64,000 bases of DNA from a bacterium. GTDB lineage: Bacteria; Bacteroidota; Bacteroidia; NS11-12g; UBA9320. Below, in pieces: positions 19,882 to 29,433 of this stretch. The stretch is taken from the NCBI GenBank assembly GCA_018223105.1, contig JAAEYY010000001.1:20476-84475 (forward strand), in the 5' to 3' direction. Positions within the stretch are counted from its first letter, which is position 1. Each line of letters starts with the position of its first letter. The notes beneath the pieces were generated by a model. The model was not told where the DNA came from. It worked only from the letters and a program-made list of their open reading frames with translations, and ran no database searches. The translations under genes were made by a program, and so were the position numbers.

Positions 19882-21254
19882 TGAATAAAAAAATATTGGT
19901 GATTGACGATGATCAGGATCTGTTGGAAATTTTGACTAATTTCTTGGGCCAGAAAGGCTTTGATGTAGATACTGCATACAACGGCAGATTGGGAATAAAG
20001 AAACTTGAAAGAGATCACGATATTGTATTGTGTGATCTTAAACTACCCGACTTTAGTGGTTTGGATATATTAACAAGAATTAAAAATCTTCAACCTAATA
20101 TTCCGGTGATTCTCATCACAGGTTATTCTGATGTAAAAACCGCCGTTTCCGCATTGAGAAAAGGAGCAGCAGATTATGTCACCAAACCTCTATACCCCGA
20201 TGAAATTGTACTTCGAATTAATGAAGTGTTAGAGCAAAATGAGGTAGAAGAAGCTAAGGAGAAGAATACAAATTCAACAACGGCGCGTAAAGCCAAGCCG
20301 GCTTCTTTACAGTATGTAGAGGGCGAATGTGCTGCGATGAAATCCTTTAACAAGAACTTGCAGCTTGTAGCACCAACTAACTTTTCTGTGATTATACTTG
20401 GTGAAACAGGTAGCGGAAAGGAGTTTGTTGCAAAACGAATTCACAGTTTGAGTGAACGAAAAGATAAACCTTTCGTAGCCATTGATTGTGGTGCTCTATC
20501 AAATGAACTTGCCGGAAGTGAGTTGTTTGGTCATAAAAAAGGAGCATTTACAGGAGCTGTTAGAGATAAAGCGGGTCAGTTTGAGCTCGCTAGCGGTGGT
20601 ACTTTGTTTTTGGATGAAGTAGGAAATCTTAGTTACGAGAATCAAGTGAAATTGCTTCGTGCTCTTGAGGAACAGAAAGTAAGGAGAATAGGCTCTGATA
20701 AAGAGGTTAGTGTAGATATAAGATTGATTGTGGCCACTAACGAAAATCTGAGCGATGCCATAGAGGAAGGTGAATTTAGAGAAGACCTTTACTATAGAAT
20801 GAATGAGTTTACGCTCAATCTTCCTCCGCTTCGAAAAAGGGGGAGTGACGTAATGATCTTTGCCAATCATTTTAGAGAAATTGCGAATCATCAATTGAAT
20901 AAAGAAGTTAATGGTTTCGACAGTATAGTTAAAAAAGGATTTGAAAACTATGCCTGGCCCGGGAACATCAGAGAGCTTAAAAATACAGTGAAACGAGCTG
21001 TATTACTTTGTCAAGGTGATGTTATAAGCGAAGAGGAAGTTCCAAATGAAATTTTTATGAGCAGTCCGGTTGAAAATGAAGAGGACGAACTTGAGGATGC
21101 AGACTTGAGAACCGTGGTAGAACGAGCAGAGAAGAAAGCCATTATCAGAGCTTTACAAAAGCATCATTTTAACAAGACCTTGGTTGCAAAAGCGCTAAAT
21201 GTGGACCGTAAAACTTTGTACAATAAGATTAACGCATACGGAATAGAACTCTAG
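19881..21254 (+). CDS. Sigma-54-dependent transcriptional activator (NtrC family: REC + AAA+ sigma-54 interaction + Fis-type HTH)
   Basis: Receiver domain (ILVIDDDQD...CDLKLPDFSG), Walker A (GETGSGKE), GAFTGA motif (KGAFTGA), and a C-terminal HTH (RALQKHHFNKTLVAKALNVDRKTLYNKI). Confidence 0.9.
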   Translation: MNKKILVIDDDQDLLEILTNFLGQKGFDVDTAYNGRLGIKKLERDHDIVLCDLKLPDFSGLDILTRIKNLQPNIPVILITGYSDVKTAVSALRKGAADYVTKPLYPDEIVLRINEVLEQNEVEEAKEKNTNSTTARKAKPASLQYVEGECAAMKSFNKNLQLVAPTNFSVIILGETGSGKEFVAKRIHSLSERKDKPFVAIDCGALSNELAGSELFGHKKGAFTGAVRDKAGQFELASGGTLFLDEVGNLSYENQVKLLRALEEQKVRRIGSDKEVSVDIRLIVATNENLSDAIEEGEFREDLYYRMNEFTLNLPPLRKRGSDVMIFANHFREIANHQLNKEVNGFDSIVKKGFENYAWPGNIRELKNTVKRAVLLCQGDVISEEEVPNEIFMSSPVENEEDELEDADLRTVVERAEKKAIIRALQKHHFNKTLVAKALNVDRKTLYNKINAYGIEL

Positions 21255-21257
21255 TTT

Positions 21258-22391
21258 ATGCAAAAGACACTGAGATCCATGGTGGCGAACCTCACGGCTC
21301 CGGCAATGTGGTTTAATGAAGATGAGTTTTATATGAATGATGAAGCTCTTCAGCTCTTGGAATACAAGCAGGGTGATATTCCAAACCTGAACACATGGTT
21401 TCATAATTTATTCGGGGATAATGCGGAACAGGTATACAACGAGATATTTAAGGTGCATGAGCCTGAATCGTCTAAAATGACCTTTGACCTGCTCATCACC
21501 ACAAAATATGGACAAGTTAAACATATCCGAATTTTCACTTTCAAGGTGGAAAGCGCAGAAGCATGGCTCTTAGCCGATATCTCAGAAGACCGTAGAATGA
21601 TGGCTGAAAGCCAGATGGAGGTTGAAAATTTGAATTCCGCTCTGGTTGAAATCAAAAGATTAAAACGAAAACTTGCATCAGAGAATAAGAAGCTGAAAAA
21701 ATCAAATGAAGAACTTGAGAATTTTGCCTACATAGCTTCACATGATCTTAAAGAACCATTGAGAAAAATTGTAGCGTTTAGCTCAAGACTAAATGATAAA
21801 CTCAATGATTCAGAAGATGAAAAAATCAGATTCTACATTGAACGCATGCAAAGTGCATCCAACAGGATGCAAATCTTGATTGATGATCTCTTGAAATATT
21901 CCAGAGTCTCGACTAAAGCCTTGGATCCGGAAGTCATTGATATGAATGCACTACTTCATGTAATTATAGATAGGCTGGAGCAAAGCATAGAAGAGAGCCA
22001 TGCAGAAATAAAATACGAAGAACTGCCTACTATTTATGGAAATGAGAGTTTGATATCCAGCGTAGTTCAGAATATCATTCATAATGCAATGAAATTTGCG
22101 AAAAACGATGAGCATCCCATTATTGAAATCAGCAGCAGAAAAGAGCAAACACCTAAAAGAAAATATAATGTTATATCCATAAAAGACCATGGCATTGGAA
22201 TTGAAGATCGTCATCAAAAACGGATATTTGAAATTTTTGAGCGGCTTCATTCGCGAGAAGATTATTCAGGTACAGGAATTGGACTAGCTGTCTGTCAGAA
22301 GATTATGGAGAAACATAATGGTAAAATTAAACTAAATAGTAAATTGGGTGAAGGCTCAACATTTGACTTATATTTCCCAATTAAATCTTAA
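21258..22391 (+). CDS. Cytoplasmic sensor histidine kinase (PAS-like N-region, coiled coil, HisKA + HATPase_c)
   Basis: H-box ASHDLKEPLRKI. N, G1 and G2 boxes (HNAMKFAK...DHGIGIE...GTGIGLAVCQKI). No TM segments. Confidence 0.85.
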   Translation: MQKTLRSMVANLTAPAMWFNEDEFYMNDEALQLLEYKQGDIPNLNTWFHNLFGDNAEQVYNEIFKVHEPESSKMTFDLLITTKYGQVKHIRIFTFKVESAEAWLLADISEDRRMMAESQMEVENLNSALVEIKRLKRKLASENKKLKKSNEELENFAYIASHDLKEPLRKIVAFSSRLNDKLNDSEDEKIRFYIERMQSASNRMQILIDDLLKYSRVSTKALDPEVIDMNALLHVIIDRLEQSIEESHAEIKYEELPTIYGNESLISSVVQNIIHNAMKFAKNDEHPIIEISSRKEQTPKRKYNVISIKDHGIGIEDRHQKRIFEIFERLHSREDYSGTGIGLAVCQKIMEKHNGKIKLNSKLGEGSTFDLYFPIKS

Positions 22392-22392
22392 A

Positions 22393-22833
22393 ATGTCCTT
22401 AGAAACACCAATACGAATATTAATGGCCGACGACGATGAAGATGATCGTATGTTAGCTAAGGAAGCTTTCGAAGAAAATAAATTAGCAAATGACCTCTTT
22501 TTTGTGAAAGATGGTGAGGAGTTGATGGATTTTCTATTAAGACAAGGTCCTTATACTCTTGAAAATGCACCTCGCCCGGATATCATACTCCTCGATATTA
22601 ATATGCCGCGCAAAAATGGAATTCAGGCCTTACAAGAAATTAAATCGAATGCTGAGCTCAAGAAGATCCCGGTGATTATATTAACTACAAGTAATGCCGA
22701 CGAAGATATCGTAAGCTCATACGAGCTAGGCGTGAATTCATTTATTACTAAACCTGTGACCTTTGATCAGCTAGTCCAAGTGGTTGCCAATTTGGGCAAT
22801 TACTGGTTTAAAATTGTTAAATTACCCAAGTAG
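22393..22833 (+). CDS. Response regulator, receiver domain only
   Basis: Start trimmed to ATG 22393 (MSLETPIRILMADDDEDD...LLDINMPRKNG...TTS...K). Has the receiver residues. Confidence 0.8.
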   Translation: MSLETPIRILMADDDEDDRMLAKEAFEENKLANDLFFVKDGEELMDFLLRQGPYTLENAPRPDIILLDINMPRKNGIQALQEIKSNAELKKIPVIILTTSNADEDIVSSYELGVNSFITKPVTFDQLVQVVANLGNYWFKIVKLPK

Positions 22834-22835
22834 TT

Positions 22836-24311
22836 TTGCACGATAATTTAATTAAAGTACTGTTAGTTGACGATGATAAATCGGAGTATTTTCTGATAAA
22901 GGAGATGATATCTGATTTTGAGCTCGTAAATGTTCACCTAGACTGGGAGCATGATGTAAATAAAGCTCAACTTATTATGAAAGAGCACGATCATCATGTA
23001 TATCTTGTAGATTACAAACTCGGTCCGGTTACCGGCTTGGAATTAATTCAAAGTGTTCAAGATCCTTCATTGTTCAATAATTCCATCTATATCTTGCTTA
23101 CCGGATTTAGTAATTTACAAGTTGAGCAGGAGGCGATGGTGAATGGGGTAGACGACTATCTTTCAAAGAACGATGTTAATGCCGCTATTCTCGAAAGAGC
23201 CATTCGCTACGGTCTCGAGCGAAAAAAGAATCTTATTGAATTAAAGAAAAGTCGAAATCAGTATAAGCAGATTTATCTCAATACCAAAACTTCAGTAATT
23301 GAGGTCGACCTGGACTTTAATGTAATGAAGATTAACAACGCATTTAAAGAGACCTTTAAATACTCAGACGACTTTGATCTAGGTAGGCTCAATGAACCAA
23401 TAAAAGTCTGGGATCTCTTAGATTGTTTCAACCTAAAAGAGCACGTTGTAAAGCATATCCTTGATAAGAATGCTAAAAACGCTTCGATATTTGAGTGTAA
23501 GGACCAGGAAGGAAACCTGCTTAAAGTTCAGCTTAATGTGTATGAATTGGTTAGTGCTTCGGAACGTTATAGTTACCAAATTGTAATAATCGACCTTACC
23601 GAAAAGGTGAAGCACGACGAAGAAGTAAACCAAAAGCAAAAGCTGGATCTGATGGAGAAAATGGCGAGGATTGTTGCTCATGAAGTGCGTAATCCGCTGA
23701 CTAACATTATTCTATCCAGTGAACAACTTAAAGCAGCGATTGAAGAAAAAGATGCGATTTATCCCGAAATCATTATTCGTAATTCTAACAAAATTGAAGA
23801 TCTCATTGGGAAGTTTCTGAATACCTTCAAGCAAATAGATATTCAAATGGAACCGACGGATGTATCTGATATGCTAGAATCTTGTATATCAGACTTTCAA
23901 GATAAAGCAAAACTGATGGAAGTGGGTATTGATTTATGTATGGAGGATGAGCTACCCCCTGTGTGCCTGGATCGCGAGAAAATAGAGCTGGTAATCCATA
24001 ACTTATTAAGTAATGCTATTGATGCATGTTCTAAAGATGGTTCCGGAATAGTTCAGGTATCTGCACAAAATTCCAATGATTTTTTATTTATCAAAGTAAA
24101 AGACAATGGTGTTGGAATTGAGGAGGATGTTATTGAAAAGCTATTCCAACCCTTTTATACCAATAAATCCAATGGTCTTGGTTTGGGCTTAACTACCAGT
24201 GCAAATCTTATTAAAAGTCATGAAGGTGATATAATCGCGGAAAACAATAGTGACTTTGGGGCCTGTTTCACGATAAAACTTCCGGTCACCTTGCAGGATT
24301 CACCTTGCTAG
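22836..24311 (+). CDS. Hybrid response-regulator / sensor histidine kinase (REC + PAS-like + HisKA + HATPase_c)
   Basis: N-terminal receiver (KVLLVDDDKSE...LVDYKLG), H-box VAHEVRNPLTNI, and ATPase G-boxes (DNGVGIE...GLGLGLTTS). TTG start. Confidence 0.85.
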   Translation: MHDNLIKVLLVDDDKSEYFLIKEMISDFELVNVHLDWEHDVNKAQLIMKEHDHHVYLVDYKLGPVTGLELIQSVQDPSLFNNSIYILLTGFSNLQVEQEAMVNGVDDYLSKNDVNAAILERAIRYGLERKKNLIELKKSRNQYKQIYLNTKTSVIEVDLDFNVMKINNAFKETFKYSDDFDLGRLNEPIKVWDLLDCFNLKEHVVKHILDKNAKNASIFECKDQEGNLLKVQLNVYELVSASERYSYQIVIIDLTEKVKHDEEVNQKQKLDLMEKMARIVAHEVRNPLTNIILSSEQLKAAIEEKDAIYPEIIIRNSNKIEDLIGKFLNTFKQIDIQMEPTDVSDMLESCISDFQDKAKLMEVGIDLCMEDELPPVCLDREKIELVIHNLLSNAIDACSKDGSGIVQVSAQNSNDFLFIKVKDNGVGIEEDVIEKLFQPFYTNKSNGLGLGLTTSANLIKSHEGDIIAENNSDFGACFTIKLPVTLQDSPC

Positions 24312-24456
24312 CGGAAAAATGTGTAATTATTCCACACTTCTTTACTTGACTGTTGATTCCCTTTCATAATTCGTATTCTTAGTGAATTTTTATTCGTCTG
24401 ATTATCAGCGTCATATATCTTGGAACAGTTTGTGGCCTTGTTTAGGAAAAGAGATT

Positions 24457-25065
24457 ATGAAAACACAAAAATTGAAACTAATACTTACAGGATTAATTTT
24501 AGTATTTCTAGCGGCTTGCGCCGGCGAGAAAGACGATTCGCAGGATAACACCAAACTAGAAGAGTTTATCACAAAGCTTGAAACAAAATGGGATACCGAT
24601 GAAGGTAAAACCTGGTTAAAAGAAAATTGGGAAGAGATGCAAGATGAATACCAACTCCTTTCCGAAGAACTTGAGCCAAATTGGGATGAAACTCAACTAG
24701 ATGAAAGATGGAATGCGATTAAAGAATCGGTAGCTGAGTACAAAGACGATGTTAAGGATATTACCTTAATGAAAGCAGTCTACACTACTATCGGTATGAG
24801 TTCTGTTGATGCGACCATGGAGATGGTAACCAAAGAAAATGTAGCTCAAATTTATAAAGCCTTTGTAGATGAGGTGAAAGAGAATAAGGATGAATACTCG
24901 AAAGAAGACTGGATTGAAATTGAAAGTCTTTGGGAGCGATTGAAAACACGCTCTGATGAATTAAAACCCATGGATGATGCTGAGACAGTGGCTAAAATTG
25001 CTGCTCAGAAATCTCGCTACATCGCAATTAAAGCGGTAAATCGACCTACCGCAGAGACTGAATAA
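24457..25065 (+). CDS. Hypothetical acidic lipoprotein
   Basis: Start trimmed to ATG 24457 (MKTQKLKLILTGLILVFLAACAGE), which has a lipobox. Confidence 0.5.
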   Translation: MKTQKLKLILTGLILVFLAACAGEKDDSQDNTKLEEFITKLETKWDTDEGKTWLKENWEEMQDEYQLLSEELEPNWDETQLDERWNAIKESVAEYKDDVKDITLMKAVYTTIGMSSVDATMEMVTKENVAQIYKAFVDEVKENKDEYSKEDWIEIESLWERLKTRSDELKPMDDAETVAKIAAQKSRYIAIKAVNRPTAETE

Positions 25066-25089
25066 GAATCTCAAGTAGTAGTTAAGTTC

Positions 25090-25128
25090 AAAGCATTAGG
25101 ATCTATTCTAAACAGATTCTAATGCTTT
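25090..25128 (+). promoter_or_regulatory. 15-bp near-perfect inverted repeat (hairpin) between the lipoprotein gene and dps; terminator and/or operator
   Basis: aaagcattaggatct-N9-agattctaatgcttt (14/15 complementary), followed by an AT-rich tract 30 nt upstream of the dps ATG. Confidence 0.45.
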
Positions 25129-25156
25129 ATTTATCATTTAAAAGAAAAAAAACATT

Positions 25157-25636
25157 ATGCAAAAAGTACAATATAAAGCTCTAGGTTTCACATTAGAAGA
25201 GACCAAAACAATTACAGAAAAACTCAATATTCTATTAGCGAATTATCAGATCCATTATCAGAAATTAAGAGCGTTCCATTGGAACGTAACCGGTAAGGAT
25301 TTTTTTGATGTTCACGAACAGTTTGAGATAGAATATAATTACGCCAAAAAGGTGATTGATGATATAGCTGAAAGAATTAGAATTTTTGGTGCTAGACCGT
25401 ATTCTACTATGTCTAAATACCTTGAAGTAGCTCAAATTGAAGAAGTTGATGAGGATCTATCAGCAGATAAGATGGTAGCAGAAATTATTTCAGATTTTGA
25501 AATATTAACCGGTTTTATTATTGAAGCTGCGGAAGAATCAACAGAGTTAGGCGACCTGGGAACAACAGATTTATTAAACTCTATCTTAAAGAGAATTGAG
25601 AAAAGACACTGGATGCTAAGTGCATTTAATAACTAG
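25157..25636 (+). CDS. dps: Dps (DNA-binding ferritin-like protein from starved cells)
   Basis: 159 aa with the Dps ferroxidase-site pattern (HWNVTG.DFF..HE.FE..Y......DD.AER). Confidence 0.85.
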   Translation: MQKVQYKALGFTLEETKTITEKLNILLANYQIHYQKLRAFHWNVTGKDFFDVHEQFEIEYNYAKKVIDDIAERIRIFGARPYSTMSKYLEVAQIEEVDEDLSADKMVAEIISDFEILTGFIIEAAEESTELGDLGTTDLLNSILKRIEKRHWMLSAFNN

Positions 25637-25656
25637 AACTATACACTCATACGAGA

Positions 25657-26520
25657 ATGAAAGAAGGAATAATAGTACAATTTGAGAAATCGTATGAACA
25701 CTTGATTGAGAAATTGGCAGGTTGGATGGATACCATCATCATATACCTGCCAAATTTCATTATAGCCATTGTAGTTTTTATTTTGGCTTATTTCCTTTCT
25801 AGACTTGTTAAGAAATACCTTAACAAGTTTTTAATTGGTAGGATTACAGAACAATCTGTGCGTTCTCTTGTCACAACTACAGCGTCTATACTCGTAGTTT
25901 TAGGTGGACTGGTTCTAGCAATAGGTGTTATGAACCTGAGCACGGTTTTGAAATCGATGCTGGCAGGTGCAGGTGTGGCAGGATTGGCGATTGGTTTGGC
26001 GCTTCAAAGTTCCCTTTCCAATACTTTTTCGGGAATCTATCTTTCGCTTAAGTCTTATATAAATGTAGGTGATTGGGTTGAAACCAATGGTTATGCCGGA
26101 ACCGTTGCCGAGGTGAATTTAAGAAATACGGTGATTAGGGAACCGGATAATAATTTGGTGATGATTCCCAATAGAATGATGGTAGAAAATCCATTGAAAA
26201 ATTATGGTCTAACAGATCAAATCAGAATTATTGTGGAATGTGGAGTGGCCTATGGCTCGGATCTGGAGCAAGTAGAGAAATTAACCAAGCAGGCAATTCA
26301 AGAGAATTTTGATGATGATGAATCTAAGGAGATTGAGTTTCATTACCTCGAGTTTGGCGATAGTTCCATTAATTTTCAAACCAGGTTCTGGATCGACGCA
26401 AAAGTGAACACAACTATACTTGAATCTAGAAGTAAAGCCATCAAAGTAATTAAGAAAACCTTTGATGATAATGGTATCAATATTCCATTCCCAATCAGAA
26501 CCATATACAAAGCAAATTAG
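25657..26520 (+). CDS. Small-conductance mechanosensitive channel (MscS family)
   Basis: Three TM helices, then the conserved MscS beta-domain motif (VGDWVETNGYAGTVAEVNLRNTVIREPDNNLVMIPN). Confidence 0.85.
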   Translation: MKEGIIVQFEKSYEHLIEKLAGWMDTIIIYLPNFIIAIVVFILAYFLSRLVKKYLNKFLIGRITEQSVRSLVTTTASILVVLGGLVLAIGVMNLSTVLKSMLAGAGVAGLAIGLALQSSLSNTFSGIYLSLKSYINVGDWVETNGYAGTVAEVNLRNTVIREPDNNLVMIPNRMMVENPLKNYGLTDQIRIIVECGVAYGSDLEQVEKLTKQAIQENFDDDESKEIEFHYLEFGDSSINFQTRFWIDAKVNTTILESRSKAIKVIKKTFDDNGINIPFPIRTIYKAN

Positions 26521-26546
26521 GCATTCGGGAATTGAATGCGCCTTTT
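26520..26546 (+). terminator. Putative rho-independent terminator after MscS gene
   Basis: Hairpin gcattc-gggaatt-gaatgc immediately after the stop, followed by gccttttg. Confidence 0.45.
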
Positions 26547-26714
26547 GTAGAGTAAATTTCCCATTCTCATTTTTCTCTATTTCGTAAAGAGTACTTTTCT
26601 TTTTTAGTATAAGCATTTAAAGTGCTGATAATGAGGTGTATAAAATTATAATAAGAGGTATTCGTAATAATCGTTTACTGGCATGAATATCGCCTTACTC
26701 TAGGTAAAAAAGAT

Positions 26715-26877
26715 TATGTTACGATTTGCACTTATTTTACTTGTTATCGCTCTAGTAGCCGCATTATTTGGTTTCGGAGGAATTGCTGCAGCTGCAGCTG
26801 GATTTGCCAAAACTGTATTTTGGATTGCAATTATCCTCGCAGTTTTATCCTTTCTCGTGAACCTAATTAGGGGCTAG
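26715..26877 (+). pseudogene. DUF1328/UPF0391 (YtjA-like) small membrane protein gene with an apparent +1 frameshift in a T5 homopolymer
   Basis: ATG 26715 encodes MLRFALILLVIALVAALFGFGGIAAAAAGFAKTVF, a strong match to E. coli YtjA. After the run ttttt (about 26816..26821) the conserved hydrophobic C-terminus WIAIILAVLSFLVNLIRG* continues only in the +1 frame. The in-frame reading ends after a garbled tail (LDCNYPRSFILSREPN*). Confidence 0.55.
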
Positions 26878-26910
26878 AAATTTAAAAGTAAAACACTACA
26901 AGATTAGACT

Positions 26911-27537
26911 ATGAAGAAAACACTATTATTTGCCTTGTGCTTTATCGGCACAATAAGTTTGAAAGCTCAAGTAGAGACTTCAATAGGTTTCAAAGGGGGA
27001 CCTGCATTTAACACCTTTAGCGGTTCTGAGTTAGAAACCGCAACTTGGGGGACGGGAATTACCGCCGGGGGCTTTATTAATTTAGGTCTGGCTGATGTTG
27101 CTCAATTTCAGTTTGAACTCCTCTATGATAGACTACCCGGTACGTATGGAATAGACAGTGGTGCATTCAAATCAACTGTATCCTACTTCAGTACTCCATT
27201 GCTTTTCAAATTGAGATTTCCCTTTAATGAAAAAGCGATACCATATGTAAGTATAGGACAATCCGTAGGATATAAGTTGGGAGAAAATACCTATAGAAAT
27301 GGAGTTAATGATGACGGAACTAGTGTAGATCAAGATCATTTTATAAATTATAACCTGGCCAGCCTTTTTGGAATTGGAGTGGATTTTGAGACAGACTTAG
27401 TATTTTTTAATGTAGACCTTAGATACATTAGAGGTAACATTAATGTTTCCACTCAAGATTATAATATGAGAACAAATGCTATTGGACTCACAGCCGGGCT
27501 CGGTTTTAAACTCGTGAAGAACGGGTCGAGCAAATAG
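26911..27537 (+). CDS. Outer-membrane beta-barrel protein (porin-family / OmpA-like barrel)
   Basis: Signal peptide, eight or more amphipathic beta-strands, and a C-terminal GLGFKL-type terminal strand. Confidence 0.7.
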   Translation: MKKTLLFALCFIGTISLKAQVETSIGFKGGPAFNTFSGSELETATWGTGITAGGFINLGLADVAQFQFELLYDRLPGTYGIDSGAFKSTVSYFSTPLLFKLRFPFNEKAIPYVSIGQSVGYKLGENTYRNGVNDDGTSVDQDHFINYNLASLFGIGVDFETDLVFFNVDLRYIRGNINVSTQDYNMRTNAIGLTAGLGFKLVKNGSSK

Positions 27538-27602
27538 GGCGTTAAGAATTTATACAAAGCGGGGATTGTAGTGAGGAATTGCTGCCTTCCTTTTTTAAAA
27601 AC

Positions 27603-27878
27603 ATGACACATATGAATAAAACAACAGAAACAATTTTAGGAGTAGTAGCCGGTGCCGTAGTAGGAGGTGCTTTAGGAGTACTTTTTGCGCCGGATTCAGG
27701 TGAAAACACAAGACAAAAAATCAAAGACAAGAGTTCAGATTTGATGGATGAATTGAATGGTTTGAAAACAAAACTTGGAGCTGAACTTTCGAAAGCTGCT
27801 TCAAGCGAGAAAGAACGTATTCGAGGATACATCAAAGAAATTGACAGCTACTTAAAAGATTTAGAAGCTGAAGCATAA
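27603..27878 (+). CDS. YtxH-domain (DUF948) general-stress-type protein
   Basis: ILGVVAGAVVGGALGVLFAPDSGENTRQKI, followed by a coiled-coil, is typical of the YtxH family. Start trimmed to ATG 27603. Confidence 0.7.
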   Translation: MTHMNKTTETILGVVAGAVVGGALGVLFAPDSGENTRQKIKDKSSDLMDELNGLKTKLGAELSKAASSEKERIRGYIKEIDSYLKDLEAEA

Positions 27879-27879
27879 T

Positions 27880-28203
27880 ATGTTTAAGCTATTAAAAATT
27901 CTAGTAGGTTTAAGGCTGAAAAAGTTCAAATACAGAGCGGCAGATAGAGCTGCGTCATTTTTGACGCATCTCTTAATTTATCTGCTGGCTATTGTAGCGA
28001 TGGCTATTTTCAGCCTTTCACTGCTGGTTTCAGTTGCTATTGTAGCAGGTGTCTTTTTCAACAGTTGGTATGTAGGCGTTGTTGTATTTTTAGGGTTATT
28101 TCTATTGATTGCTCTAATATTGATTCTACTTCAGAGATCTGCATTGTTTATCCCTATTAAAAGGAAGATTATGCACATCTGGATTGAGTCTAACTACGAT
28201 TAA
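27880..28203 (+). CDS. Small two-TM membrane protein (holin-X-like family often paired with YtxH)
   Basis: 107 aa with two long hydrophobic helices, directly downstream of the YtxH gene. No phage genes nearby. Confidence 0.5.
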   Translation: MFKLLKILVGLRLKKFKYRAADRAASFLTHLLIYLLAIVAMAIFSLSLLVSVAIVAGVFFNSWYVGVVVFLGLFLLIALILILLQRSALFIPIKRKIMHIWIESNYD

Positions 28204-28213
28204 TTAAATCAAC

Positions 28214-29242
28214 ATGAAAAAAGTAGTCTTTAGCACTGCACTGTTTCTCATGATTCTAGTAATTCTGAGAATTGGGAAGTTTATTTTTGCTCCCCTTATT
28301 GTCTCAGGTATTCTTGCTGCCTTACTATCGAACATAGTAGCGGCATTAGAGCAAAAAAATTTTAAACCTGTACTGGCCTCTTTCACTGTTACTGTTCTTT
28401 TATTTCTCGTAATAGGAGGCTTGTTCACTGTGATTGTTTTTCAATACGTGAATGTGTTGGATGAATTGCCCGAATGGGGTGATAAAATTTCAGCAAAATT
28501 GGAATCCTTAGTAGATTATGCTGCAACTTCTTGGGGCCTGTCTGCATCCACTATTAATTCTACTCTTGCAGAAGTTAAATCCGGATTACAATCTAATGCC
28601 GCAGATGCAGTGGGTTCTGTCTGGACTTATTTCATTAATGCCATCAGCATTTTGTTTCTAATCCCTGTCTTTACTTTTTTCATGATCTTCTATCGCGCTA
28701 AATTAAACAGACTGATAGAGCTTTGGCTAGAGCGCAGATCCAAAACAAAAAAACAAAGTATTCAGATCATTAAAGAGGCCAAAGAAGGGGTAAGTAAGTA
28801 TCTTAAAGGATTATTGTTTGTGATGTTTATACTGGCCTGTCTCAATACTATTGGACTTGCTATTTTAGGTGTCCCATATTATATATTACTTGGAACCACG
28901 GCGGCTTTATTATCTGTAATTCCTTATCTCGGGAATGTTGTAGGGGGTGGCGTCGCAGTAATTGTTGCTTATGCAAGTTCAGGGAATTATTGGCTTGCTA
29001 TTGGTGTAATTGTACTGTTCGCAGCTATTCAGATCTTAGAAGGAAATTTAATAACACCTCTGGTGATGAAAGACCAAGTAAATATTAATCCATTTTCTGT
29101 TATTCTAGCACTTCTTATTGGAGGAGCTGTGTGGGGAATTCTGGGTATGATAGTTTCTGTTCCCGCATTAGCTATAATTAAGGTATATATGGAACGAGAT
29201 TCTAATCTGAAAGAATACGCCAAATTGCTGGGCGATGAATAA
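28214..29242 (+). CDS. AI-2E family transporter (UPF0118 / PF01594)
   Basis: 342 aa with about eight TM helices and a conserved C-terminal region (LITPLVMKDQVNINPFSVILALLIGGAVWGILGMIVSVP). Confidence 0.8.
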   Translation: MKKVVFSTALFLMILVILRIGKFIFAPLIVSGILAALLSNIVAALEQKNFKPVLASFTVTVLLFLVIGGLFTVIVFQYVNVLDELPEWGDKISAKLESLVDYAATSWGLSASTINSTLAEVKSGLQSNAADAVGSVWTYFINAISILFLIPVFTFFMIFYRAKLNRLIELWLERRSKTKKQSIQIIKEAKEGVSKYLKGLLFVMFILACLNTIGLAILGVPYYILLGTTAALLSVIPYLGNVVGGGVAVIVAYASSGNYWLAIGVIVLFAAIQILEGNLITPLVMKDQVNINPFSVILALLIGGAVWGILGMIVSVPALAIIKVYMERDSNLKEYAKLLGDE

Positions 29243-29433
29243 GTAGATCATCTTTTACTGTGGAACTCAGCCCTCAAAATGATCATTTATCACCCGAGTA
29301 ATTATTCTTCAATTCGGGGATTTTTCAAGTTAAATTCATATAAGGCGCTCATTATTATTTAGTTGCGAGCTCGGAAGTGCTTCCTCATTCTTCTGGAACC
29401 TGAATTGTACTCTTAAGGTTAAAATAAAATATT

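Noticed and set aside
27880-28203. Holin-like gene as a prophage marker
   Set aside because: There is no integrase, terminase, capsid, tail or lysin gene nearby. The gene sits in the conserved YtxH / membrane-protein stress pair, so it is not a prophage.
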